A stretch of 64,000 nt of DNA from Dehalococcoidia bacterium (GCA_965222025.1 CBDCTI010000007.1:409882-473881); one strand, 5' to 3'; positions 8,290-17,793 are shown, numbered from the stretch's first letter. Program-made: numbers and translations. Notes: generated from the sequence alone by a model not told the origin.

Positions 8290-8413
8290 GGGTGTGTGCG
8301 CAGTTGCCGGGTTCTCTGCTTGGCCTGTGGGGCATCTAGTGAAAACCATTCCCCTTTCCAAATCCCAAGTGGTAGTATTTCCGCAAATTACTATCACGCT
8401 CTCGTGGTGAAGC

Positions 8414-10675
8414 ATGCCCGTAACCCAGGAAATTCTGGACGAAATCGCTCTTACGCGCACGGAATACGACCTGATCGTGGAGCGGCTGGGCCGTGAGCCC
8501 AACCCTGTAGAGCTGGGCATGTTCGGGGCCCTGTGGAGCGAGCATTGCGGCTACAAGCACTCCCGACCGCTGTTGCGGATGTTCAACCACACGTCGCCCG
8601 TGGTGCTTTCCGAGACGGGTGCGGAGAACGCGGGGGCGGTGGACATAGGTGACGGGCTGGCGGTGGTGTTCAAGGTCGAGTCACACAACCATCCATCGGC
8701 CGTGGAGCCGTTCCAGGGCGCGGCGACGGGCGTGGGCGGCATCGTTCGGGACATACTGGCGATGGGTGCCCGGCCCATCGCGCTGCTGAACTCGTTGCGA
8801 TTCGGGCCTCTGGACGACCCGGAGAACGGGGCGGTGAATAAGCACCTGTTCGGTGGTGTGGTGCGGGGGATCTCGTGGTACGGGAACTGCATCGGCGTGC
8901 CGGATGTGGGGGGGGAAATCTACTTCGATCCATCCTACTCGCACAACCCGCTGGTGAATGCCATGTGCGTGGGGTTGATCAAAAAGGACCGTCTGGCATC
9001 GGCGGCGGCGCGGGTGCCGGGCAGCGTGCTTCTGCTGGTGGGGGCCGACACTGGACGAGACGGCATCCACGGGGCGTCTGGCCTGGCATCACGTACGTTC
9101 GAGGAGGAGGCGGAGCTCAGACCCACAGTGCAGGTGGGCAATCCGTTCCTCGAGAAGGTGTTGATCGAAGCGTGCCTGGAGGCGCTGGACACTGGTGCGG
9201 TGCTGGCGATTCAGGACCTGGGGGCGGCTGGGCTGACCAGCGCGTCTATCGAGTCGGCGGCGAGGGCCGGACGCGGCCTACGCATGGACCTGGCGCAGGT
9301 GCACCGTCGTGAGACGGGGATGAACGCCTATGAGGTGATGCTGTCGGAATCGCAGGAGCGGATGCTGCTGGTGACCCTGCCGGAGCGCGTGGACGAGGTC
9401 AGGAAGGTGTTCGATCGGTGGGATGTGGACTGCCGTGATATTGGACGGGTGATCGCGGAGCCCGAGGCGCAGATTTTCGACGCCGCCCGGTCCGTGGCAC
9501 ATCTGCCGATTCAGCCGCTTTCCGAGGCTCCGGCGTACAGGCTGGAAGGCAAGCCGTCGAGCGATGACGTGGCCAGGCGTGAGATGTCGCTGGCCGACAC
9601 ACCGCTTCCGGAGTGTGGGCCTGCGGGGACGCTGCTGCGCCTGCTGGCGTCGCCGAATATTGCCAGCAAGCGGGCCGTGTACCAGCAGTACGACCACCAG
9701 GTGCAGACAAACACGGTGGTTGGTCCGGGCGGCAGCGATGCTGCGGTGCTGCGGGTGAAGGGAACGCTGAAGGCGATCGCCGTGGCAGTGGACGGCAACG
9801 GTAGGCACTGCTTCCTTGACCCGTTCGTCGGCGGTCAGATTGCGGTGGCCGAGGTGTGCAGGAACATCAGCTGCACCGGCGCGCGTCCGTTGGCACTGAC
9901 GGACTGCCTCAACTTTGGTAACCCGCTGCGGCCAGATATCTATTACCAACTGGAGGAGTGCATCCGTGGGATCTCGCTGGCCAGCGAGATGTTGGACGCC
10001 CCGGTGGTAAGCGGCAACGTGAGCCTGTTCAACGAAACGCAAGGGCAGGCGGTGCATCCGACGCCAGTGGTGGGCGCGCTGGGGTTGCTGGAAGATGCAG
10101 CCAAGACCGTCGGTGCGGGCTTCCCGAAGGAAGGGCTGGCGGTGATGTTGCTGGGCCCTGGACTGGGGGGCGCGTCGACCCAGGATCTGGCGGGAAGTGA
10201 GTACCTGAGCGTGATGCATGACCTGACGGCGGGGCTGCCCTTCATCGACATCGATCTGGAGCGGCGAGTGCAGGAGACCTGCAGGGAGGGCGTGAAGCAG
10301 GGTCTGGTGCTCTCGGCCCACGACTGCTCGGACGGCGGGCTGGCGGTTGCGCTGGCCGAGTGCTGCATCCTGGGCGGCGTTGGCTTTCGTTTCGAAGCAC
10401 CCCTGGAATCCCTGTCCCGCTGGGACGCGGCACTGTTCGGGGAAAAGCAGTCGCGCATTGCAGTGTCGGTGGACCGGGACAGGATGCACCTGGTGCAGGA
10501 CCTGGCCCACGCCAATGGAATCCCGGTTTCGATACTCGGGTTTACCGGTGGGAACTCGTTCCTGATCGATAGCAAAGATGGGGAAGGCGCCACCACCGGA
10601 GGAGGCGTGAACCTTCCGGTCGCCGAGCTTGCCGCTGTCTGGACGGGGGCCCTGGAGGAGGCTGCGAGTGGGTAG
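8414..10675 (+). CDS. purL: phosphoribosylformylglycinamidine synthase subunit PurL
   Basis: ORF track. EPNPVELGMFGALWSEHCGYKHS and VESHNHPSAVEPFQGAATGVGG are hallmark PurL motifs. 753 aa. Confidence 0.92.
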   Translation: MPVTQEILDEIALTRTEYDLIVERLGREPNPVELGMFGALWSEHCGYKHSRPLLRMFNHTSPVVLSETGAENAGAVDIGDGLAVVFKVESHNHPSAVEPFQGAATGVGGIVRDILAMGARPIALLNSLRFGPLDDPENGAVNKHLFGGVVRGISWYGNCIGVPDVGGEIYFDPSYSHNPLVNAMCVGLIKKDRLASAAARVPGSVLLLVGADTGRDGIHGASGLASRTFEEEAELRPTVQVGNPFLEKVLIEACLEALDTGAVLAIQDLGAAGLTSASIESAARAGRGLRMDLAQVHRRETGMNAYEVMLSESQERMLLVTLPERVDEVRKVFDRWDVDCRDIGRVIAEPEAQIFDAARSVAHLPIQPLSEAPAYRLEGKPSSDDVARREMSLADTPLPECGPAGTLLRLLASPNIASKRAVYQQYDHQVQTNTVVGPGGSDAAVLRVKGTLKAIAVAVDGNGRHCFLDPFVGGQIAVAEVCRNISCTGARPLALTDCLNFGNPLRPDIYYQLEECIRGISLASEMLDAPVVSGNVSLFNETQGQAVHPTPVVGALGLLEDAAKTVGAGFPKEGLAVMLLGPGLGGASTQDLAGSEYLSVMHDLTAGLPFIDIDLERRVQETCREGVKQGLVLSAHDCSDGGLAVALAECCILGGVGFRFEAPLESLSRWDAALFGEKQSRIAVSVDRDRMHLVQDLAHANGIPVSILGFTGGNSFLIDSKDGEGATTGGGVNLPVAELAAVWTGALEEAASG

Positions 10676-11855
10676 CGCGCCGCTGCGTGTGCTGTACCTG
10701 ACCCCTTACTACCGGCCCTATCTGGGCGGCATTGAACGCGCCATAGAGGAGCTTTCCCACCAGATCCAGCAATCGCCGCAGGTTGAGGCGGTGGGAGTTC
10801 TAACCACCAAGTACTCCTTCCCCCGGGTGGCACAGCCAGACTGGGCTGACCGGGAGACTCTGCCGGACGGGGTGCAAGTCTTCCGCCTGCCGGGCTTTCC
10901 CCACTGGTCGCCGCCGATTTACTCTGTGCCGCTGGTCTGGTTTTCGCCGCGCCGGGTGCAGCAATACCTGGAGGAGTTCCAGCCAAACGTCATTCACTTC
11001 GTCGGGGACGGCTGGTTCTGGGGGCACTTCTGCGCCCGGCTCCGATGGGGTGGGAAGGCGCGTTTCGTATTCACGCCGTCGTTCCATACGTTGCCGATCT
11101 CGCGCTGGTGGCTGGCACCGCTAAACGCCGCGCTGTGCCGCGTCGTCGATGACATCGTTCCCCTTACGCAGCAGGAATCTCGTGGACTGCGTCGCGCTTA
11201 CCTGGCGCAGCGGGGAAAGGTGAGCGTCATCGGCTGGGGGGCTCCCTTGCCGGACGCGGGGGCGCGAGAGGCTGTTGGCAACGCACAGGCATCTCCGGGA
11301 CCGAGGGCGGACGAACCGCTGACTGTGCTGTGCGTTGGCCGGCTTGGGAGGCACAAGGCACAGTTGTGGTTGCTGGATGTGTACGATCGAGCGAGGCGCA
11401 ACTTCAACAAACCAGTGCGGCTGGTACTTGTGGGCCGCGACGAGGGAGATGCGTCTGCCATCGCGTACTTCGTTGCGGAGCACGGGCTGGTGGAAGAAGT
11501 AGTCGTAACCGGGGAAGTCTCTGACGGTGAGCTGGCCTCGTGGTACGGACAGGCTGACCTGTTCGTTTTGTTCTCTCACTACGAGGCCTTCGGGCTGGTG
11601 TACTTCGAGGCGATGGCGTACGGGGCGCCGGTGCTGACCCATGACGTGGGCTCGAACCGTGAGCTTCTGCACCGGGGCGCGGTGGTGACGCCACGGTTCG
11701 ACCGGCAGGCGGCTGTGGTCGGCCTAACCGAGTTGGTCAACGATGACGATGTGCGCCAGCGGCTGGGTGAGGATGGCCGGGATTACGCGCTGGCGGAGTT
11801 CACATGGCCAGCGGTGGCGGAGAAGTATCTGGAAGTTTACCAGGGCGGGCGGTAA
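10668..11855 (+). CDS. GT4-family glycosyltransferase
   Basis: ORF 10629..11855, trimmed to GTG 10668 (VGSAPLRVLYLTPYYRPYLGGIERA). The C-terminal EAFGLVYFEAMAYGAPV is a GT-B E-x7-E type motif. Confidence 0.75.
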   Translation: MGSAPLRVLYLTPYYRPYLGGIERAIEELSHQIQQSPQVEAVGVLTTKYSFPRVAQPDWADRETLPDGVQVFRLPGFPHWSPPIYSVPLVWFSPRRVQQYLEEFQPNVIHFVGDGWFWGHFCARLRWGGKARFVFTPSFHTLPISRWWLAPLNAALCRVVDDIVPLTQQESRGLRRAYLAQRGKVSVIGWGAPLPDAGAREAVGNAQASPGPRADEPLTVLCVGRLGRHKAQLWLLDVYDRARRNFNKPVRLVLVGRDEGDASAIAYFVAEHGLVEEVVVTGEVSDGELASWYGQADLFVLFSHYEAFGLVYFEAMAYGAPVLTHDVGSNRELLHRGAVVTPRFDRQAAVVGLTELVNDDDVRQRLGEDGRDYALAEFTWPAVAEKYLEVYQGGR

Positions 11856-12051
11856 CCGCCTCCGGCACTGCCTGTGGTCCTGTAATCAGTGCTCGGACCA
11901 GCCGAGGGGGAATCCTCTGTTGGGGGCAGGCAAAGAAGTAGCGACCTGGGGTGTTCTAGCACCTCTTCCAGCGTGCCTCCGAATTGTTGCGAAACTACGC
12001 TCCTGTGTTGCTCGTAAATGACTGCACAGATCGGGACTGGCTGGAGCGCCT

Positions 12052-12573
12052 ATGTTTGCTTTGGTTGCGCAGGTCTTGCTGGTGTTTGCACTCTTCTTCG
12101 GGGCGACTTGTGGCGACTTGGGCTCCAGCCGTCCAGTCACTGGCTCAGAGGACAGCCGGATCAGGGCTGAATTGGCCGGGCGTTCCTTCCGGCAGTTCGA
12201 GGACTCGGTGGACTCCAATCCCAGGAAGGGAGTGATCATCGACTTCACCGGACCGGTTGGTCTGTGGGCGCAGTACGCTGAGGATGGGCACGCCGTCGAT
12301 GAGTGGGAGATTGTCGCGGACGATTACCGCATCGAAGAGCAGAACGGCGAGTCTACGATTACCGTCCATTTCATGGAGCCGAGGTCGAAGCAGCAATTCC
12401 CGACTGTCTGCGACGACTGCATACTGACTGACGGAGTCTCTGTTTCGATCAGGAACGTTTTCGACGAGGAGAGGATCGCATTCAGGGTGAATGACCCTGA
12501 GGGGATGCTGCCGTCGCCTTCCCCGGTGTTCGGGTCTTGGACCAAGTTCAGGGAGGACGAGTACTTTGACTGA
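12052..12573 (+). CDS. hypothetical lipoprotein
   Basis: ORF track. A hydrophobic N-terminus ends in the lipobox-like FFGATC. Confidence 0.45.
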   Translation: MFALVAQVLLVFALFFGATCGDLGSSRPVTGSEDSRIRAELAGRSFRQFEDSVDSNPRKGVIIDFTGPVGLWAQYAEDGHAVDEWEIVADDYRIEEQNGESTITVHFMEPRSKQQFPTVCDDCILTDGVSVSIRNVFDEERIAFRVNDPEGMLPSPSPVFGSWTKFREDEYFD

Positions 12574-12611
12574 CGCGGGAGTGGCGTGGGCCACTCACCA
12601 ATGACAAAGCC

Positions 12612-12839
12612 TTGCCTGTTACCCAGGACTCAAAACGCCTTTGCGTGCGGTTTCTCATCACGGAATCCTTGGGCGTGGCACTTCAATATCGCGAGAGATT
12701 CGGACTAGATCGGTGTGATTGCCTTATACTGACAGCGGCGAAAATAAGCGCATGCGGCGCGGTATACTCCGAGGACATGACCGCCAGCCAGGGCTATGAT
12801 GGAATCCTGGTGATGAATCCCCTTGAGACAGAGTGCTGA
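12612..12839 (+). pseudogene. C-terminal fragment of a PIN-domain (VapC-like) toxin
   Basis: LDRCDCLILTAAKISACGAVYSEDMTASQGYDGILVMNPL matches the C-terminal half of PIN toxins. The frame is closed by TGA at 12567, so the N-terminal catalytic Asp region is absent. Confidence 0.55.
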
Positions 12840-12902
12840 GGTCCGGCTAGTTTCGGATGATCGGCCTGCAGACCGTAATCAGGATCATGGGAGCGTAAAG
12901 CT

Positions 12903-14159
12903 ATGGTAAGCGCCATATCTCGGGAGCAACTGGAAGAGGGGGCGCGCCGTATCCTGCTGTCGAACCTGCGGCAGGGGGTGGCCGACTGGAACGGGAAGGA
13001 GTACAGCTTTGTCTGTCCCTCGCTGACGGGGTATCCGTTCCAGTGGTTCTGGGACTCGTGCTTCCATGCCATCGCGCTGCTGCACCTGGACCCGGAGCAG
13101 GCAAAAAAGGAGATGCGCTCGCTGATGAGCGGAGCGCAGCCCAGCGGGTTCATCCCCCACATCATTTTCTGGGAAATGGAGAAGCAGCCGGACTTCCTCA
13201 GCCGCAACATCGTTGGGATGACCGAACCGTACTTCAGCGCGACCATCCAGCCGCCCATCATCGCCTACGCCGTGGCGCGGATTTACCGCATGACCGGGGA
13301 CGAGGAGTTTCTGGCGGAGGCGCTACCCATCCTTACCGCATACTACCGCTACCTGCGGGAGGCGCGGGACCCGGACAACGACGGGCTGATTGCTGCGATC
13401 CAGCCGGAAGAGGCGGGCACGGACTGCTCCCCCAAATACGACGAGGTACTGGGGCTGGAGGAGCTCTCGAACCGGGGCTTCATCACCGCGCTGCGAAAGG
13501 TCTACGCGGCCTACGAACCGCTGCGGCACGATGATCACGCCGTGCTGGCGGCGGACATATTCCACGTCGAGGATGTGCTGGTCAACTCGATCTATTGCTT
13601 CTCGATGCGGGCATTGGCGCGGCTGCATGCCGAAAGCGCCGGAGAAGACTCGCCGGAGGCCGCAGAGTTCAACCGGGAGGCGGACAAGACGCTGAATGCG
13701 CTGGTGGAGAAGTGCTGGGACGAAGAGGCCGGGGCCTTTTTCGACCTGTCGGGGGTGGACGAGAAGCCGCTGAAGACGGTGACCATCTCCTCGCTGATGC
13801 CGCTGATCATGGCGGACCTGCCGCGGCCAATTGTTGAGCGGCTGGTGGAGGACTGGGTGCGGAAGCCAGAGCACTTCTGGACGCCGTATCCGCTGCCCTC
13901 GGTGCCGGCGTCGGACCCCAAGTTCATGCCGGGGAACCCCGGTGGCTTCATCTGGCGGGGGCCGTCGTGGATCAACACCAACTACTTCCTGTCGCACTCG
14001 CTGCGGGGACACGGGTACCCGGAGTTGAGCGAGCCGCTGGTTGAGAAGAGCAAGGAGTGCATCGCCAAGTCGGGGTTCCGGGAGTACTACCATCCCTACA
14101 ACGCCGAGGGGCTGGGGGCTCGGGACTTCGGGTGGTCGACGCTTATCCTGGACTTCTAG
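12903..14159 (+). CDS. GH63-like six-hairpin glycosidase (glucosyl-/mannosylglycerate hydrolase-like)
   Basis: ORF track. The GYPFQWFWDSCFHAIAL motif and 418-aa size are typical of the bacterial GH63/MGH family. Confidence 0.65.
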   Translation: MVSAISREQLEEGARRILLSNLRQGVADWNGKEYSFVCPSLTGYPFQWFWDSCFHAIALLHLDPEQAKKEMRSLMSGAQPSGFIPHIIFWEMEKQPDFLSRNIVGMTEPYFSATIQPPIIAYAVARIYRMTGDEEFLAEALPILTAYYRYLREARDPDNDGLIAAIQPEEAGTDCSPKYDEVLGLEELSNRGFITALRKVYAAYEPLRHDDHAVLAADIFHVEDVLVNSIYCFSMRALARLHAESAGEDSPEAAEFNREADKTLNALVEKCWDEEAGAFFDLSGVDEKPLKTVTISSLMPLIMADLPRPIVERLVEDWVRKPEHFWTPYPLPSVPASDPKFMPGNPGGFIWRGPSWINTNYFLSHSLRGHGYPELSEPLVEKSKECIAKSGFREYYHPYNAEGLGARDFGWSTLILDF

Positions 14160-14181
14160 GGTCTGGAAAGATACGGGATTC

Positions 14182-14218
14182 AAAAAGGGGCGCACGGCTG
14201 TGCGCCCCTACGCTTTTC
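14182..14218. terminator. bidirectional intrinsic terminator (A-run, hairpin, T-run)
   Basis: AAAAAGGGGCGCAC-GGCT-GTGCGCCCCTACGCTTTT between convergent genes: the GH63-like gene ends at 14159 and the NYN gene ends at 14232. Confidence 0.75.
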
Positions 14219-14231
14219 CTGGGGATGGCGG

Positions 14232-16316
14232 TCAGCTGCGGAGCAGGCGGCTGGTGAAAGGGCGGCGACGACGGGTGCTGCGGGGCTGGGGCTCGTCGTG
14301 ATAGTCCTCGTCGATGTTTCCGGCGGGCGGGGCGGGCTCCTCATCGACAGGCAGCGCAGATTCCTCGGTCTCGGGGGCAGCAGGTTCCTCGTCGATGTTC
14401 CCGGCGGGCGGGGCGGGCTCCTCGGCGACCGGCGGTGCAGTCTCCTCAGCGACGTCGGGGGCGGTATCCCCGGCGGCAGGCGGTGCAGAGTCCTCGCCCA
14501 CGGGCGCTGCGCCGTTAGTTGATTCGCCGTCTTCGAGGGTGAGCTGTTCCGGCTCGGAGAGGGTGCCCTCAGATGGCTGTGGCTCGTCCAACTCATCGGG
14601 GGTCGTTGCCCCGTCGGCAGGGTCGATGGGGGGAGTCAGGTTGGCGGCGGGCCCGAGGCGTGCGGTCAGGACCCTGCCAACAAGCTCGTTGTCGCGATCA
14701 AGGTTGAAGGTGCGGCGCTGTCGGCGCCGTCCGCTGGGCTCCTCGCGCCAGCTGTGGACGGAGCGACGGAAGAAGCCGCCGTCGGACAGGCCACGGAGCA
14801 TCCTGCTGACGTAGTCGCGATTGCCGGCGTCAGCCCACCGCTGGGCGATCTGGTTGTTGCCGGCCTCCAGGCCCTGCTCGAGTGCGCTGCAGACCTCGGC
14901 AACGAGGAAGTTGAAGGCCACGTGGCTCACGCCCTGGCGGTGCTCGAGATGGTCGGCCATGACTACCAGGTCCGAGAAGCGCTCAGAACTGAGACCATCG
15001 TCCGGTTCGGCAGGCAGAGAGACAGTCGACAGAGCCTCCTGCACGGCAGCGGCCAATTCCGGGTCTTCGCCGAAGATGTCCTCGGGCTGAGCCTCGGCTT
15101 CCGGTTCGACGACCGTCTCGTCCACAGATGTATCAGCCTCGATCTTGAGGGACTCGCTGAACTGCGGGACGTCCGGGGCCGCCTCGGGATCGTAGACAGC
15201 CAGCGCTTCGGCGGGTTCCGGTTCTGCGATCCCGGGGAGATCGAAGTCGGTGGCTGCTGTCTCTTCCAGCGTATCGACGAAGTCCGGTACAGTGGCCACT
15301 CCTGAGGCTAAGGCGGGCACCGGTTCGTCCTCGGTGTCCTCGGCGTCTGCATCGATGGCATCGACTTCGGAGTCGCGCTGACTGCCTTGGCGGCGCCGGC
15401 CACCCCGTCGGCGACTGGGACGCGCGGCGACACCGGGAGGGGTCTCCTCGGTGGTACCCTCCGGGACTTCCTCATCGGCCATGATGGCCCAGTCGACGAG
15501 GCCGGAGTGGATGAGCTTGATGTTGCCGTCTTCGGCAGCGCGGGCCATCAGCTTCTTGAACCCCGAATAGCCCAGCTTCTTCTCGTCGAAGCTGGGATAG
15601 CGGCGCATCATGCGTTGCTTGATGGAGGTGAGAAGCGGCTGTCCATCGGCGGCCCGCTCTTCGCGGACGATGTCCTCGACGGCGCGAATGACCTCGGCCA
15701 GTTCGGGCACCTCGTTCTGTGCCTCGACGCGGGTGGCATGCTGTGGCAGCACGGCGGGCTGCGGGGCGATAGGATCGACGTCCTTGTCGTAGAGCACGAG
15801 GGAGTCGACCTGGTCGGCGAGTCGGCGGGAGGTGCTCCACGAGACGCCGATGATGACCACGCGTTTGCCCATGGTGCGCAGAGCGTTGACCACGTGGAGA
15901 AAGTCGGAGTCGCCCGACACCAGCACGAAGGTGACGATGTTGGGGTAGGAGTGGGCGCACTCGATGCAGTCGGCGGTCATCTTGACGTCGACGCTGTTCT
16001 TGACGCGGTAGGTGCGCATCCCGTTGGCGGAAGATGCCTGGGTCGATGGGATGCGAGTGGGCACGAATACGGGTTCGATACCTGCCGCGTATAGGGAAGG
16101 GGGGTCGTTGAAGAACTGGCTGGCGCCGCGGAGCTCGGGAGCCCGGGTGACCCAGTCAGCGTAAGCCTTGGCGACGACCACACGGCCCTGGTTGGAGATT
16201 TCCTCTTTGAGAGCCGACAGGTTTGGGGCGCGGTTACCGGCGGCGAGGCTTATCTTGAAGTTTTCCCAGTCGATGAATAAGGCGACATCGCCGCCGCGAG
16301 CAGTTGGTTCAACCAT
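14232..16316 (-). CDS. NYN (LabA-like) nuclease-domain plus OST-HTH/LOTUS-domain protein with a long acidic Pro-rich repeat tail
   Basis: ORF track. VALFIDWENF...VSGDSDFLHVVNALRTMGKRVVIIG is the NYN/LabA region. PLLTSIKQRMMRRYPSFDEKKLGYSGFKKLM is LOTUS-like. The C-terminus carries EEPAPPAGNIDE repeats. Confidence 0.7.
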   Translation of the reverse strand: MVEPTARGGDVALFIDWENFKISLAAGNRAPNLSALKEEISNQGRVVVAKAYADWVTRAPELRGASQFFNDPPSLYAAGIEPVFVPTRIPSTQASSANGMRTYRVKNSVDVKMTADCIECAHSYPNIVTFVLVSGDSDFLHVVNALRTMGKRVVIIGVSWSTSRRLADQVDSLVLYDKDVDPIAPQPAVLPQHATRVEAQNEVPELAEVIRAVEDIVREERAADGQPLLTSIKQRMMRRYPSFDEKKLGYSGFKKLMARAAEDGNIKLIHSGLVDWAIMADEEVPEGTTEETPPGVAARPSRRRGGRRRQGSQRDSEVDAIDADAEDTEDEPVPALASGVATVPDFVDTLEETAATDFDLPGIAEPEPAEALAVYDPEAAPDVPQFSESLKIEADTSVDETVVEPEAEAQPEDIFGEDPELAAAVQEALSTVSLPAEPDDGLSSERFSDLVVMADHLEHRQGVSHVAFNFLVAEVCSALEQGLEAGNNQIAQRWADAGNRDYVSRMLRGLSDGGFFRRSVHSWREEPSGRRRQRRTFNLDRDNELVGRVLTARLGPAANLTPPIDPADGATTPDELDEPQPSEGTLSEPEQLTLEDGESTNGAAPVGEDSAPPAAGDTAPDVAEETAPPVAEEPAPPAGNIDEEPAAPETEESALPVDEEPAPPAGNIDEDYHDEPQPRSTRRRRPFTSRLLRS
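14306..14423. repeat. 81-bp-period direct repeat inside the NYN-LOTUS CDS
   Basis: CCTCGTCGATGTT(T/C)CCGGCGGGCGGGGCGGGCTCCTC occurs at 14306 and 14387. It encodes EEPAPPAGNIDE twice, 27 aa apart. Confidence 0.8.
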
Positions 16317-16327
16317 GCGTTTGAAAC

Positions 16328-16365
16328 TTCCGGCCTGGATGGTTCCGGCCTCTTACATTCCGGCC
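16328..16365 (-). promoter_or_regulatory. three direct GGCCGGAA repeats, 15-bp phasing, in the 5' leader of the NYN-LOTUS gene
   Basis: TTCCGGCC on the + strand at 16328, 16343 and 16358. The array ends 12 nt upstream of the ATG at 16316. Confidence 0.45.
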
Positions 16366-16972
16366 TGCGGGCCGGTGGGGAGGTTCTACAGTGCAATTGT
16401 TTCCAGAATGCACGGGGTTCAGTCTAGGGGATTGGCGGACAGGGCGTCAAGGAAGGGGCTGATTTGGCTTGGCCGGTCGGGCCTGTTCATGCGTGGCTGA
16501 TCCGGACGGTGGTGAAAGATTCTGATTTTTCTGACCAATCCTGGCATCTGCGGCTTCGCGGCAGTTGCACGGGAAGCGGGACGGTCGATTGGCGGGTGAG
16601 AAACTGGGACGGGAATTGTGGGCCAGTATTTTTCCTGTCCGTTCCCAAATTTTCCCATTTCGCATGGCTGTTAGCTTTGCAAAGTGCCGGGATAGGCGGA
16701 AATTTTCGATCCCCGTGCCATTTTGTCCCATTCTGCTCCATCGAGCTTGCGGGGTCCTCCTGACCGGCCGGTGGCAGGGGCGCCGACGATGGAGTTGGGG
16801 AACAATTGTTCGTTGGAGCGCATGGGACTATGGTATGCGAGTATTGGGGGGTTGGCAAGGGGTGGGTGTCAGTGGGGGTGAGCGTTCGTCTTAACTGAGG
16901 TCAAATCCACGGAAAGTATTTTCCAATTGTGCCCGGTATGTATCAGAGGCAACTTTACCTATAGCCAGATAG

Positions 16973-17398
16973 CTAATTGACCTTGCAGACGCATCCATCT
17001 GGCGCGTCACCCAGTGAGTAGGCCTCTAAGGCTGCATGGAGTTGTTGTGCCACCTGGGTTGCCCAGTTTAGAACCTGAGTTGCGGTGACTGGTCTTCCGC
17101 CGATATGCATTTGACCAAGCTCGTAATCAGCTTGAGTCCTGAAATGTCTGAGTTGACGCAAGAGGTTTGCGACTTTTTTGGACTTGGCGTCGGTTGGTTG
17201 ATTGAATCGCCTCTGCAATGAGGCGTGTCTGTTGTTGCGCCCCAACGGCATAGCAGTGGGGTTCTCTCGGTAGTACCGGCAGCAGGCTTCGTGATGGAGT
17301 CCGTAGTACAGCCGCCCCACGACTGTTCGTTGAATTGGCTCTGACACCGCTCTGGGTGCTATAGCAACTGCCAGACGGTAAAACTCAATGGGCCTCAT
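16973..17398 (-). CDS. HEPN-like helical protein (module gene C)
   Basis: ORF track. GRLYYGLHHEA helix and LRHFRTQADYE motif. Its ATG overlaps the stop of the upstream gene (ATGA). Paralogue of 24208..24693. Confidence 0.55.
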   Translation of the reverse strand: MRPIEFYRLAVAIAPRAVSEPIQRTVVGRLYYGLHHEACCRYYRENPTAMPLGRNNRHASLQRRFNQPTDAKSKKVANLLRQLRHFRTQADYELGQMHIGGRPVTATQVLNWATQVAQQLHAALEAYSLGDAPDGCVCKVN

Positions 17399-17793
17399 AT
17401 GTGTGAGGGAGTCAGGCTAAAGAAGATCCAGCGACCGTATTCCTCCTGATTTTCGAGCGACCACTCCTTAGACCATTCCGCCACCCGTGCAAGAATCTGG
17501 TCATGGAGCTTGTCGAGTTGCTGCCAGTCCGAATTAATTGTCAGAGCCAGGTGCAAGTGGAGGGAGTCTTCCTCGTCAGGCTCGCTGACGGCTTCCACTG
17601 TTGCGGATTCCAAGAGGCCCTCTGATAGGTCCAGCGCGGTGCGATAAATGTTTCGTAGAACTTGCTCGCGAAAAGGCTTGAGTACGCCCTGGGCCTCTAT
17701 GGGGAATTGGAGCATATCTCGCCAGGGGATGAAGGGGCCGAAACGCCACCACTCATTTTCCACAGCCGTAGATGTTATTAGCGCTAAACTCAT
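17395..17793 (-). CDS. small acidic protein (module gene B), putative antitoxin-like partner
   Basis: ORF track. SEPDEEDSLHLHLALTINSDW core. 4-nt overlap with gene C. Distant paralogue of 23864..24211. Confidence 0.5.
   Translation of the reverse strand: MSLALITSTAVENEWWRFGPFIPWRDMLQFPIEAQGVLKPFREQVLRNIYRTALDLSEGLLESATVEAVSEPDEEDSLHLHLALTINSDWQQLDKLHDQILARVAEWSKEWSLENQEEYGRWIFFSLTPSHI

Noticed and set aside
5600-8300. Replication-origin context because recF is present
   Set aside because: There is no dnaA or dnaN gene, and no cluster of TTATCCACA-like boxes is visible nearby.
9278-10986. Long minus-strand ORFs (9278..10510 and 9943..10986) inside purL
   Set aside because: Their Arg/Pro/His-rich composition is typical of antisense frames in high-GC DNA. 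purL motifs on the + strand fully explain the region.
16455-16480. GGGGCTGATTTGGCTT resembles a tmRNA 5' end
   Set aside because: No tRNA-like 3' end (T-arm GGTTCGA... plus an ACCA-type terminus) is found within the following 300-450 nt on that strand, and no resume-codon or tag region is recognisable.
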